Shown: piece by piece, positions 1 through 9,482 of the stretch | Layout of the letters: each line of letters begins with the position of its first letter | How positions within the stretch are numbered: position 1 is the first letter of the stretch | Source: Clostridiaceae bacterium | GTDB lineage: Bacteria > Bacillota > Clostridia > CAYPLH01 > DUMO01 | DNA: 40,291 bases | Direction of reading: 5' to 3' | NCBI GenBank assembly: GCA_012839865.1 | Contig: DUMO01000010.1 | Span: 1-40,291 of the forward strand | Notes under the pieces: generated by a model | Databases searched by the model: none | Seen by the model: only the letters and a program-made list of their open reading frames with translations | What the model was told of the DNA's origin: nothing | Made by a program: the position numbers and the translations under genes

Positions 1-130
1 ACCCTGCCAATTTTTGAGTTCAAATTTTACCCAAAAATACCTCGTCGACATGTTCCTATATACGCATTTTAGCCCTTTAGGTCGAGTAGACAACTTGGAT
101 ATAATTCCTGAAACCCGCTTAAATAAATAC

Positions 131-1504
131 TTACAGCTTTGTAATCAACGCTACCGTCTCAACATGTACCGTATTGGGAAACATATCTATACAGCATACC
201 CTTTCCACTTTGTACCCCTTATCCTGTATTACCGTCAAATCCCTTGCAAGACTTGTAGGTTTGCAGGAAATATAAACTATCCGGTCCACTCCAAACTCAA
301 TGATTTTCTCCAATGCCACAGGATGAATACCATCCCGCGGAGGGTCCAATACTATCAAATCGGGCTTTTCTGTAATGCCATCCAAAACCCTAAGCACATC
401 CCCGGCAATGAATTCGCAGTTGCCAAAGCCGTTTAATGCAGCGTTTCCCCTTGCGGCCATAACAGCTTCTTCAACAATTTCCACCCCAATAACTTTTTTT
501 GCTGCCGGAGCCAGAATCAAGCCAATTGTTCCTATTCCGCAATATAAATCAAGAATATATCTATCCCTGGCATCACCGATATAATCCCTGACGGTGTTAT
601 AAAGTACCTCCGCTCCGGGAGAGTTTGTCTGGAAGAAAGAAAAAGCGGATATCCTGAATTTCGTTCCAAGGAGTTCTTCATAGAAATAATCCCGGCCGTA
701 TAAGATATCAGTTCTGTCACTTTGCACAACATTACCCTTGCTGTTGTTATAAGTATGAAGAATCCCTGCAATGCTGCCGTTCAGGTCAAGTTCCAATAGT
801 CTATTCTTAAATCCTTCCATTATTTCAGCTTCCGGTTCATCGTAATCCCACTGGGTGGAAGTTACCAGATTGATTAGGATCTCCCCTGTTTTTGCCGCTT
901 TTCGTACGACAAGATGACGTAAATAACCTACATGGGACCACTTCTTATAAAAACCTGTTCCCGTTTCGGTGAAATACTCAACAACTCCGGTAAGTATCTT
1001 ATTGTAATCATTATCTGTGATTTGGCAATGGTCGGTTTGTACAATATAGTATAAACTTCCTTTCCTGTGCAAACCCAGGGCAAGAGGACCATCTTTTTTT
1101 TCATCACCAAAGGAAAACTCCATCTTGTTGCGGTATCCCCACTGCCTGGGGCTTTTTTTGGTCCCTTCGAATTGATATGTTGAACAAACTGAATCCAGCA
1201 AGTACCTGACCTGTTCTTCTTTTATTTTAAGCTGCGTTTCATAGGGTATTGTCTGATATGTACAACCACCACAGGGCCCAAAATGAATGCACTCAGGCTC
1301 AACTGTTTCCAACGGTGATTTTGATAATACTTCGACCAGCCTTCCCTCGATTTTGCCTTTACGGATTTTGCTGATAAAAAAACTGATTTTCTGGCCAGGC
1401 AAAGTATCCTTGACTATTACATTTTCACAGTCTACCTTGAGGATTCCCTTGTTTGGAAAATCCACCCTTGAAACTTCGCCACTATACAATGTTCCCTTTT
1501 TCAT
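131..1504 (-). CDS. rlmD: 23S rRNA (uracil-5)-methyltransferase RlmD/RumA family
   Basis: N-terminal TRAM-like region, Fe-S motif CIHFGPCGGC, SAM motif LDLYCGIGTIG, DPPR, catalytic YISC and C-terminal DMFPNTVHVETV. Start moved from ORF-track 1573 to ATG 1504, which has an AAGGTG RBS. Confidence 0.92.
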   Translation of the reverse strand: MKKGTLYSGEVSRVDFPNKGILKVDCENVIVKDTLPGQKISFFISKIRKGKIEGRLVEVLSKSPLETVEPECIHFGPCGGCTYQTIPYETQLKIKEEQVRYLLDSVCSTYQFEGTKKSPRQWGYRNKMEFSFGDEKKDGPLALGLHRKGSLYYIVQTDHCQITDNDYNKILTGVVEYFTETGTGFYKKWSHVGYLRHLVVRKAAKTGEILINLVTSTQWDYDEPEAEIMEGFKNRLLELDLNGSIAGILHTYNNSKGNVVQSDRTDILYGRDYFYEELLGTKFRISAFSFFQTNSPGAEVLYNTVRDYIGDARDRYILDLYCGIGTIGLILAPAAKKVIGVEIVEEAVMAARGNAALNGFGNCEFIAGDVLRVLDGITEKPDLIVLDPPRDGIHPVALEKIIEFGVDRIVYISCKPTSLARDLTVIQDKGYKVERVCCIDMFPNTVHVETVALITKL

Positions 1505-1687
1505 GTTAAACACCTTGTTTCCATATTGGTGTATTGACACTCCCCGAAACTTACGCCGGAGGATTTCAGACAAGCCTTTGCAATTATATTATAATACAAA
1601 AAACTTACGAACTAGAAATTATTATTTTTTGCATTGCAGTAACTTCCTCTTGAAGTGCATAACTTTTTAAGCAATTTAACACATATA

Positions 1688-1757
1688 GAAGCAAGAAGTC
1701 TCCCGCCCATAAGCCACCCTGATCACTTTAGTGAGAGTGTAGGCGGGAGTACATCAC
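1688..1757 (+). mobile_element. Orphan IS200/IS605-family end-like hairpin (no tnpA/tnpB)
   Basis: GCAAGAAGTCTCCCGCC...GGCGGGAGTACATCAC: AAGAA leader, GC hairpin (CTCCCGCC 1700-1707 / GGCGGGAG 1742-1749) and terminal TCAC; resembles from memory the right ends of Firmicute tnpB elements. Confidence 0.5.
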
Positions 1758-1763
1758 ATAATT

Positions 1764-1808
1764 AAAAAAATCCCCCGGCGATACGAAACAATTCGCTGCC
1801 GGGGGATT
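1764..1808 (-). terminator. Intrinsic terminator of mscL
   Basis: Stem AATCCCCCGGC (1769-1779) / GCCGGGGGATT (1798-1808); A7 on plus gives a U-tract on minus, 19 nt after the mscL stop. Confidence 0.8.
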
Positions 1809-1826
1809 GTATTCCAGTCGAATATA

Positions 1827-2231
1827 TTACTCTTTGTCCTTCAATAAATCACGAATCTCTTCAAGAAGTTTGATTTCCGGATCAGGTTCCGCCGGAGGAG
1901 CAGGGGGCGCTTCCTGTTCTTTCTTTTTCTTCCCCAATGTAAGCAACTTCAAAAACATGAAAATGGAAAAAGCAATTATAAGAAAATCAACAATTGCCTG
2001 AATAAATGAACCATAGAGGATTGCCACTTCCGGAACGTCGCCAACGGCATGTTTGATGACAAATTTTAAATCGGATATGTTTATCCCGCTTAAAATAAAA
2101 CCAATAACCGGCATAAGAATGTCATTAACCAGGGATGAAACTATTTTTCCAAAAGCTCCGCCAATAATCACACCGACTGCAAGATCAATAACGTTTCCCT
2201 TAACTGCAAATTCTTTGAACTCTTTAAACAT
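1827..2231 (-). CDS. mscL: Large-conductance mechanosensitive channel
   Basis: [39 protein letters not shown]-terminus and [10 protein letters not shown]-terminus. Confidence 0.97.
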   Translation of the reverse strand: MFKEFKEFAVKGNVIDLAVGVIIGGAFGKIVSSLVNDILMPVIGFILSGINISDLKFVIKHAVGDVPEVAILYGSFIQAIVDFLIIAFSIFMFLKLLTLGKKKKEQEAPPAPPAEPDPEIKLLEEIRDLLKDKE

Positions 2232-2543
2232 TTACCAGCACCCCTTCCATATTAGTTTACATAAATTCATCCCCCGGCTCTGACTTTTTTCCAAACCGGA
2301 GGAACAAGAATCAATATATTTTCATTATGCCACAATATTTAAACTTTTGCAGAAGTTTTTTTCTATCTCGAAACATCCATTTCTTGATGTGCATAATTTC
2401 AGATTTATGCTTTTTTACTTAGCGCTGTATAACAGCTAATCCGGCCTCTTCAACAAACCGGTCGATTCATCATTCTTCTCTTCCTTGACACCACCGCTAA
2501 TTGTTGCTGCCGGATAATTTTTCCATACTCTTTCAATGCACGG

Positions 2544-3653
2544 CTAATCCTCCGTTACAGTACCATTCTCTACTCTAAAAATTTTGCCGTTTGCCAAAAC
2601 GCTGTCTTCCACCAGATTTCTGTCAGTCGTGGTAATGAAGGTTTGTACATTGTCCATATTTTCGTACAGGTACCTTCTGCGCTTTTCATCCAGCTCCGAC
2701 ATAACGTCATCAAGCAGCAGAATCGGTTTTTTGCCTGTTTCTTTTTCTATAACGTCAATAGTTGCCAGTTTCATTGACAATACTGCCGTCCTTTGCTGTC
2801 CCTGAGACCCGTATATTTTTATATTGTTGCCATTCAGCAATATGTCCAGGTCATCCCGCTGGGGACCGCACAAGGTAACACCGCTTAAAATCTCACTGTT
2901 TTTAAGTTTTTCCAACTGTTTGTGAAATTGTTTTTTTATATCATTCAAGTCATTATATTCTCCTGCTTTTATTGAGGGGCTATATCTGACTTCAAGCTTT
3001 TCGTGCCTGTTTGTGAGCTTTTCATGATTCTCCATGGTGTAATGATACAATGTATTGATAAATTTATTTCTTTCAAGTATTATATTTGACCCGATGGTTG
3101 CAAGGTTTTCATTCCAAATGTCCAGGGTATCCAGCAAATCCTTTCTGCCCTGGGCTTTTTTAAGAAGGTTGTTTCTTTGGGCAAGGACCTTGTAATACTG
3201 CTGCAGGTTGTAAAAATACACGGGTTTCAATTGACTCAAGGTTATATCTATAAATCTTCTTCTTTCAGAAGGCCCTGCTTTCAAAATGGATAGGTCCTCC
3301 GGCGAAAAAAATACGGCCTTTAAGTGCCCCATCAAATCGGCCAGTTTTCTTATCGGGTTCTGGTTTATCTTAATTTTCTTGTTTTTCCTGTCATAGCCGA
3401 TTTCTATAGTGCAGTCATAATCGCCGTTTTCTATTTCTATTTTTATATAAAAATTGTTTTCGCCTATTTTAACAAGCTCATTATCCCTTGATGCCCTGTG
3501 GGAACGGCCCGAGGCGCAAAAGAAAACAGACTCGATAATATTGGTTTTGCCCTGGGCGTTATCCCCATAGAAAACATTATATTTATCCGAAAAATTCAAC
3601 TCAATATCCGAATAATTCCTGTAATTTACCAGTTTAAGCTGTTTGACAATCAA
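2544..3653 (-). CDS. recF: DNA replication/repair protein RecF
   Basis: NYRNY, Walker A GDNAQGKTN, GSQGQQRTAVLSMKLA, LLLDDVMSELD; follows dnaN. Confidence 0.97.
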   Translation of the reverse strand: MIVKQLKLVNYRNYSDIELNFSDKYNVFYGDNAQGKTNIIESVFFCASGRSHRASRDNELVKIGENNFYIKIEIENGDYDCTIEIGYDRKNKKIKINQNPIRKLADLMGHLKAVFFSPEDLSILKAGPSERRRFIDITLSQLKPVYFYNLQQYYKVLAQRNNLLKKAQGRKDLLDTLDIWNENLATIGSNIILERNKFINTLYHYTMENHEKLTNRHEKLEVRYSPSIKAGEYNDLNDIKKQFHKQLEKLKNSEILSGVTLCGPQRDDLDILLNGNNIKIYGSQGQQRTAVLSMKLATIDVIEKETGKKPILLLDDVMSELDEKRRRYLYENMDNVQTFITTTDRNLVEDSVLANGKIFRVENGTVTED

Positions 3654-3682
3654 AATTACCCTCCGCTTTCCTTGCGCTATAA

Positions 3683-4783
3683 TTATTTTAAAAGCGGCAG
3701 TATCATGTAAACAAAGCTGTTGCCTTCAGTTGGTTTTATAGTGCAGGCCCCTATGCTTCTGAAGTAAATATTTATCTTTTCATCATCAATCACTCTTAAT
3801 GCTTCAATAAAATAAAGTGGATTAAATGAAACTTCAAGGTCGGAACCTTCCATCTCCACCTCCAGTTCCTCTTTAACAGAACCTTTAGTAGTATCCGAGG
3901 TAATCATCAGCGTATCGTTGTACAACTTGAAATCCACAGGATAATTTCTTCCCTGTTCTTCGATTGATATAAGATATGCTCTTTCTATACTGCTTAAAAG
4001 CTCTTTTGTATCAACGGTGATTTTTGTTTCAAAATCTTCCGGAATTGCATTTCTGTAATTGAAAAATTCACCTTCAAGCAACCTGGATACCAGTTTAAAA
4101 TTCCCTGCATCAAACAAAATTTGATTTTTGGAATTATATATGGCAATGTCGCAATCGGTGTATTGCAAAATTTTCAAAATTTCATTAAGTGTCTTTCCGG
4201 GAACAACAAGGCTGAAATCAGGAATATCACCTTCCAGATTGTGTTTTCTCAATGCAATTCTAAATCCGTCCAATGCAACAAAATTAAGTTCATTGTTCTT
4301 GCTTTCAATCAGACAACCGGTCAGAATCGCCCGAAACTCATCAGTTCCGACGGCAAATATGGTTTGTCTTATCAAATCTCTCAATAAACTGCTTTCTACA
4401 CTGAAGCTGTTTTCCTTTTTAACTTCAGGCAGGGCCGGGAAACCCTCTGACGACATGGCGTGTATTTTAAACAACGACTTGCCGCATTTAATAACCACAA
4501 TTCCGCTTTCTTCATTATAATCAAGGCTTACGTCTGAATCCGGCAACTTCCTTATAATTTCGCCAAACATTTTTGCATTTACAACAACTGAACCTTTTTC
4601 CATGATGTCCGATTCAACAACACATTCAATACCTATTTCCAGGTCATTTCCCGTAAGCTTGAGAGTATCGCCTGCTTCAATCAGGATTCCCTGGAGTATG
4701 GGCATGGTGCTTTTTGCCGAAACCGCCTTTTGCACTATGTTTACGCCGTTATGTAAATTTTCTCTTGAACAAACAAGTTTCAT
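3683..4783 (-). CDS. dnaN: DNA polymerase III beta clamp
   Basis: 366 aa; MPILQGILI, GNDLEIGI, ALDGFRIA, SRLLEGEFFNY, YMILP; follows dnaA. Confidence 0.97.
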   Translation of the reverse strand: MKLVCSRENLHNGVNIVQKAVSAKSTMPILQGILIEAGDTLKLTGNDLEIGIECVVESDIMEKGSVVVNAKMFGEIIRKLPDSDVSLDYNEESGIVVIKCGKSLFKIHAMSSEGFPALPEVKKENSFSVESSLLRDLIRQTIFAVGTDEFRAILTGCLIESKNNELNFVALDGFRIALRKHNLEGDIPDFSLVVPGKTLNEILKILQYTDCDIAIYNSKNQILFDAGNFKLVSRLLEGEFFNYRNAIPEDFETKITVDTKELLSSIERAYLISIEEQGRNYPVDFKLYNDTLMITSDTTKGSVKEELEVEMEGSDLEVSFNPLYFIEALRVIDDEKINIYFRSIGACTIKPTEGNSFVYMILPLLK

Positions 4784-5200
4784 AAAAAACAGTTCCTTTC
4801 ATATAATAATATATACAATATTTTTAGTAATAGTAGCAGTAGGTATTGTTGAAGTTGTGTATAAGCATGTCAAATTAAGTTGTAAAGCCAATTTTTGCTG
4901 TTAATTATTTTGTAGATAATTTGTACGGCAACTAACAATTAAACATTATATTAATATTTATATGATTTTTCAACATAAAAACAATCAACATTTACACAAG
5001 GGGAATTTTAAAACATTTGTTTTGAAGTTTTAAAACCAGCCAGGGATAATAGTTTTGAGCCCTCCAGGTTGTCTTTGTCAAATGGACAAGGCACTGTGGT
5101 GATGCTTATGGTGAGTTTTTGCAGAGTTTTCCACAGAGTGTCGATTAGAGCTGTTGAAATTATGAAACTTGTGAAATACATCTTGTAAAATTGCATTAAA
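4784..5200. other. oriC, dnaA-dnaN part (unwinding region)
   Basis: Read toward dnaN: box TTATACACA (4856-4864), weak tandem box, DnaA-trios (plus TAG TAA TAG TAG CAG TAG, 4825-4842), then AT-rich tract. Other boxes at 4911-4919, 4967-4975, 5127-5135. Same layout as the B. subtilis basal unwinding system. Confidence 0.85.
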
Positions 5201-5248
5201 AAAACCTGCAGGCGGGGTAAGGGTTGATATTAAAAATACCTGCAGGTT
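5198..5248 (-). terminator. Putative terminator/attenuator between dnaA and dnaN
   Basis: Minus strand AACCTGCAGG...CCTGCAGGTT stem followed by a U-run, about 35 nt after the dnaA stop. Confidence 0.55.
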
Positions 5249-5282
5249 ATAATCCGATTTATTGCCATATTAAATTTAAAGA

Positions 5283-6611
5283 CTAGTTTCCTTTAATTAT
5301 TTTCTTAATTTCAGCCAGTGTTCTTCTTATCTCAGGGTTGGTATCAGCTTCCCTTGAAATTTTATCAATGGCATGCATGACGGTTGTATGGTCCCTTCCG
5401 CCAAATACCTCGCCTATTTTCGGTAATGACAATTCAGTGAGCTCCCTGCACAAATACATGGCTATTTGCCTGGGATGTGTAACCTCCCTGTTTCTTTTGG
5501 CGGATTTTAGATCCTCGCTGTTTATATCAAAATATCCGGAAACAGACTTCATGATAAGCGTACTGGTTATTTCCTTTTTATTGGTAGCTAAAATATCCTT
5601 CAGCACTTCAGCTGCAAGGTCCATGTCCACTTCGCTCCTGGTAAGCTGTGAGTAGGCAATGATTTTGTTAAGTGCCCCTTCGAGCTCCCGGATGTTTGCG
5701 GCTATCTTGTCAGCGATAAAAGCCATGATTTCATCCGGAACATTGAGATTTTCCATCTGGGCCTTCTTTCTCAGTATTGCGATTCTCGTTTCATAATCCG
5801 GCGGTTGAATATCTGCGGTAAGTCCCCATTCAAACCTGGATCTCAGCCTTTCCTCAAGGGTTGTTATGTCTTTTGGAGGCTTGTCGCTGGATATTATAAT
5901 CTGCTTGTTTGCATCATAAAGAGTATTGAAGGTATGGAAAAACTCTTCCTGGGTCCTTTCCTTCCCAACAATAAACTGAATGTCGTCTATAAGGAGTATG
6001 TCAATGTTTCTGTATTTATTTCTGAATTCAACGTTTGTATCGTCTTTTATGGCATTGATCAATTCATTGGTAAACTTCTCAGAGGTTACATACAATACCC
6101 GTAAGGAGTGATTGTTATTGAGAATATAATTTCCGATGGCGTGCATAAGATGGGTTTTGCCCAAACCTACACCACCATACAGAAAAAGAGGATTGTAGGC
6201 TCTCGCCGGAGCTTCCGCGACGGCAAGGGCTGCAGCGTGGGCAAAACGGTTGCTGTTTCCTACTACAAAGGTATCAAAGGTATACTTTGGATGAAGCAGG
6301 GAAACCGAGTTATCACCATTTATGTTAACATTAACATTGTAATTGCAGTCTTTGCCTTCAGATTCGGAAGAAATGATTCTTATTTCATATTCCCTCGATG
6401 TGGCTTGTTTGACCGCATTTTCAATTAGCAATTTGTATCTGGAATCAAGAATTCCTTTATTAAAATCTGTAGCAACTCTTAGTGTTAATGTGTTGGTATT
6501 TACCGAGACCGGTTCTATGGTTTGAATCCAGGTGTTGAAGCTGATGGATGTAAGTTCATTTCTTAAAAGTTCAAGTGATTGGTGCCAAATTTTTTCATGT
6601 TGAGTTAACAT
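5283..6611 (-). CDS. dnaA: Chromosomal replication initiator DnaA
   Basis: YTFDTFVVG, Walker [41 protein letters not shown] 6611 with GGGGAG RBS preferred over TTG 6629. Confidence 0.98.
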   Translation of the reverse strand: MLTQHEKIWHQSLELLRNELTSISFNTWIQTIEPVSVNTNTLTLRVATDFNKGILDSRYKLLIENAVKQATSREYEIRIISSESEGKDCNYNVNVNINGDNSVSLLHPKYTFDTFVVGNSNRFAHAAALAVAEAPARAYNPLFLYGGVGLGKTHLMHAIGNYILNNNHSLRVLYVTSEKFTNELINAIKDDTNVEFRNKYRNIDILLIDDIQFIVGKERTQEEFFHTFNTLYDANKQIIISSDKPPKDITTLEERLRSRFEWGLTADIQPPDYETRIAILRKKAQMENLNVPDEIMAFIADKIAANIRELEGALNKIIAYSQLTRSEVDMDLAAEVLKDILATNKKEITSTLIMKSVSGYFDINSEDLKSAKRNREVTHPRQIAMYLCRELTELSLPKIGEVFGGRDHTTVMHAIDKISREADTNPEIRRTLAEIKKIIKGN

Positions 6612-7021
6612 CTTGTAATTCTCCCCCAAAAATTATGAAATCAAATGATCACAATTGCCCAAAGAGTATGCCGGGTGAACATTGTATATATGTATTTTCA
6701 TAAGTGGAACTCTTTTTATGCTGCATGCAAAATCAGTCCAACTTACTTTTTGGGAAACAAACAACAACCCGATAAAACAAATTGATTTTGCCCAAACAAA
6801 AGCATAGTATATTATTGATTACAATAATCCCTATGATTTTTACAGCAAAATCTATCTAGTTTTTCTCTTTGGTAGATTTAATAAGTTTTTTCTGTGGCAA
6901 ATTGGTAAAATTAATTTTGTATTTTGCTTTGGTAAACGCGCATTATCCAATGAAAAATACTACTGGAATTGTAATGCCGCTACAATAAACCAGGTTGTCC
7001 AACCAAAGGTCAACACTGATT

Positions 7022-7104
7022 AATATATCAAAAAAAACGAATAGATTCAATATTAAAAAAGCAAATTATCCACAGAAATTATTAAATTAGATAATGTATC
7101 CACA
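7022..7104 (-). promoter_or_regulatory. sigmaA promoter of dnaA with upstream DnaA boxes
   Basis: Minus strand TTGAAT (7050-7045), 17 bp, TG-extended TATATT (7027-7022); boxes TTATCCACA 7066-7074 and GTATCCACA 7096-7104. Confidence 0.6.
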
Positions 7105-7160
7105 GGATTGCTTGTAAATTTGTCCTTTGATAATTTTTTGAAATGGGGGCTAGAGTGTCA

Positions 7161-7240
7161 GGGGGACAGGTTCCTTGTCCTATTTTCGGGTGGAGCAAGC
7201 GGACAGGTTTGTTTTCCCATTTTCGGCGGAGCAAGGGGCT
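7161..7240 (+). repeat. Two degenerate tandem REP-like units in the dnaA-rpmH gap
   Basis: GGGGACAGGTTCCTTGTCC-TATTTTCGGGTGGAGCAAG then GGACAGGTTTGTTTTCCCATTTTCGGCGGAGCAAG. Confidence 0.5.
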
Positions 7241-7311
7241 GATTGTTCATAATAAGTAACTGAACAGATACAGGTACCCGGTTGCATGAAATATCTGATA
7301 AAATAAGCTCC

Positions 7312-7341
7312 TTGACACGGTATAAAACAATAATATATAAT
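7312..7341 (+). promoter_or_regulatory. sigmaA promoter of rpmH operon
   Basis: TTGACA 7312-7317, 18 bp, TATAAT 7336-7341; DnaA-box-like TGTGGACAA at 7428-7436 in the leader. Confidence 0.7.
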
Positions 7342-7499
7342 TTAATCGTCTATGTCGGGAAAGGATTTTTATTTAAATTTAGCCGGGAATTGGATATATT
7401 ACGTTTAAATTATCAATCTGAAAGTTATGTGGACAAATCCATAAACCTGAAATTGGATATTGTCCAATTAATTAATACGGAACAGGGGGTGTTACAGTA

Positions 7500-7634
7500 A
7501 TGCTTAGGACATACCAACCCAAGAAAAGACAGCGGAAAAAGGAACATGGTTTCAGGAAAAGAATGAAAACCGCGAATGGAAGGAAAGTGTTAAGAAGGCG
7601 CAGACAAAAGGGGAGAAAAGTTCTTTCTGCTTGA
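7500..7634 (+). CDS. rpmH: 50S ribosomal protein L34 (not in ORF track)
   Basis: Manual translation [53 protein letters not shown]; canonical position. Confidence 0.97.
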   Translation: MLRTYQPKKRQRKKEHGFRKRMKTANGRKVLRRRRQKGRKVLSA

Positions 7635-7658
7635 GACCGCATAAAATGTGGTCTTTTT
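7635..7658 (+). terminator. Hairpin plus U-tract after rpmH
   Basis: GACCGCA-TAAAA-TGTGGTC followed by TTTTT. Confidence 0.55.
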
Positions 7659-7746
7659 AAATCAAAATAATATTCGGTTGTATTTTTTGCAAATGCCCTT
7701 CTTCGGACAGCTTGATAAAAGCTTAATAATTTTACAGGGGATGCCG

Positions 7747-8100
7747 ATGACTAATACTGTTCCTTTGAAGAAAAATTATGAATTTTCAAGAGTGTACAAA
7801 AACGGAAGGTTCTCTGCTTCCAAACATCTTGTAGTCTACGTTTTGGATAACAAATTACAGACAAACAGGTTGGGTATTACAGTCAGTAAAAAATTGGGGA
7901 AAGCAGTGACAAGGAACAGGATAAGGCGGCTTATAAGGGAAAATTATCGTCTTATGGAGGGTATGGTAAAAAGGGGATACGACCTGGTGATTGTATCCAG
8001 GAAAGTGGATGTGATTCCCTCATTTTATGATATAAAAAAGGAAATGAATTATTTATTGCGTAAACTTGACATGATTAATACGGAAGTTGGCAATCAGTAA
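7747..8100 (+). CDS. rnpA: Ribonuclease P protein component
   Basis: LKKNYEFSRVY, RLGITVSKKLGKAVTRNRIRR (RNR motif). Start set at ATG 7747 (ACAGGGG RBS) rather than ORF-track 7648. Confidence 0.95.
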   Translation: MTNTVPLKKNYEFSRVYKNGRFSASKHLVVYVLDNKLQTNRLGITVSKKLGKAVTRNRIRRLIRENYRLMEGMVKRGYDLVIVSRKVDVIPSFYDIKKEMNYLLRKLDMINTEVGNQ

Positions 8101-8376
8101 CCGAATACAATGATGAACAGGTTGCCTGCCGGAAAAACCGGCAGCCTGGGCGGACATGCTCCGTACCAAAAGATGCGGCAAAAAATACTATTTGGGAACT
8201 TGCCCGGAAAAAGCGGCATTATTGAATAAATACAAAAAGCGTATTTGTTCATAACTTTGCAAGGCGCAGAATCCATATATTTTGACCTTCCGAGCAAGCT
8301 CCTGAATCCTTGCCCGCGCAGCTTTCAAGTGTTTGTGCAACTGCTGCGGGCAACTTGACATGTAATGGGAGAAAAA

Positions 8377-8601
8377 ATGCTGAAAAGTTTACTAATATTT
8401 TTGATAAGGTTATATCAGAAATGGATTTCTCCGCTTAAAGGGCCGACTTGCAGGTTTTATCCAACGTGTTCCCAATATACGATTGAATCCATAAATACCT
8501 ATGGAGTATTAAAAGGAAGTTTTTTGGCTATAAAAAGGGTACTTAAGTGCCATCCTTTCCATCCGGGGGGTTACGACCCTGTAATAAAAGAAAAGGAGTA
8601 A
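8377..8601 (+). CDS. yidD: Membrane protein insertion efficiency factor YidD
   Basis: [32 protein letters not shown] 8377 has a GGGAGA RBS. Confidence 0.95.
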   Translation: MLKSLLIFLIRLYQKWISPLKGPTCRFYPTCSQYTIESINTYGVLKGSFLAIKRVLKCHPFHPGGYDPVIKEKE

Positions 8602-8608
8602 GGTACAA

Positions 8609-9481
8609 ATGGCAGAAATTTTCGGATTTATTGCACAGCCTATGGGGCTGTTCCTGAAATTTATATATAATACACTGGCTTTTCATAATTACGGATTGGC
8701 AATTATACTGTTTACCATATTCATTAAGTTGATATTGTTGCCATTGACCATCAAACAGTACAGATCGACTGCGAAAATGCAGGAAATTCAGCCTCTGCTG
8801 CAGGAAGCCCAAAAAAGATACAAAAATGACAAGGAAAAGCTGAACCAGGAAATGATGAGAATTTATACCGAGAATAAATACAATCCGGCATCAGGATGTC
8901 TTCCACTTCTGGTACAGCTGCCCATACTGTTCTCACTTTACTGGGTAATTTCGCAACCGCTTAAATATATGTTCCAAAAAAGCAATGAAACAATACAAGC
9001 TTTGTTCAATCTGATACCAAAGGAAATAGCTGAGTCAATTCAATCATTTTCCTATGACATACCGATACTGAACTATTTTAATGAGCATCCGGAAGAAATA
9101 ATCAAGGCGGAAGGACTGCTTGCCAAAAATGAGGTGGTTGACCTTAATTTTCTTGGAATATTCAACCTTGGATTAACTCCGACTTTTGATTATACAAAAA
9201 TAGTTTCGGATTTAAGGTACCTTCCTCTTATCCTGATACCTGTACTTGCTGCCGTCAGTACATGGCTGTCGACCAAATATGCCATGCCGGCGCCAAGTAA
9301 TGACAGTGCAGCACCTGCTGCAAGCATGACAAAAGTTATGCCATTCATTACAGCGTTTTTTGCCTTCAGTGTTCCGGCAGGATTGGGATTGTACTGGATT
9401 ATAAGCAACCTTGTTCAGATCGGTCAGCAGTTGTATATGAATAAATTTGTTATAAATAAAAAGGAGGCAGGCACGAAATAG
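8609..9481 (+). CDS. yidC: Membrane protein insertase YidC/SpoIIIJ
   Basis: NYGLAIILFT, PLTIKQ, GCLPLLVQLPIL, GLGLYWIISN. Confidence 0.95.
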   Translation: MAEIFGFIAQPMGLFLKFIYNTLAFHNYGLAIILFTIFIKLILLPLTIKQYRSTAKMQEIQPLLQEAQKRYKNDKEKLNQEMMRIYTENKYNPASGCLPLLVQLPILFSLYWVISQPLKYMFQKSNETIQALFNLIPKEIAESIQSFSYDIPILNYFNEHPEEIIKAEGLLAKNEVVDLNFLGIFNLGLTPTFDYTKIVSDLRYLPLILIPVLAAVSTWLSTKYAMPAPSNDSAAPAASMTKVMPFITAFFAFSVPAGLGLYWIISNLVQIGQQLYMNKFVINKKEAGTK

Positions 9482-9482
9482 A

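Noticed and set aside
14..436. 140-aa plus-strand ORF
   Set aside because: Mostly antisense to rlmD; no recognisable motif.
2401..2543. remB (DUF370) or other small gene after recF
   Set aside because: Only a 25-codon ORF (MEKIIRQQQLAVVSRKRRMMNRPVC) with no similarity that I recognise.
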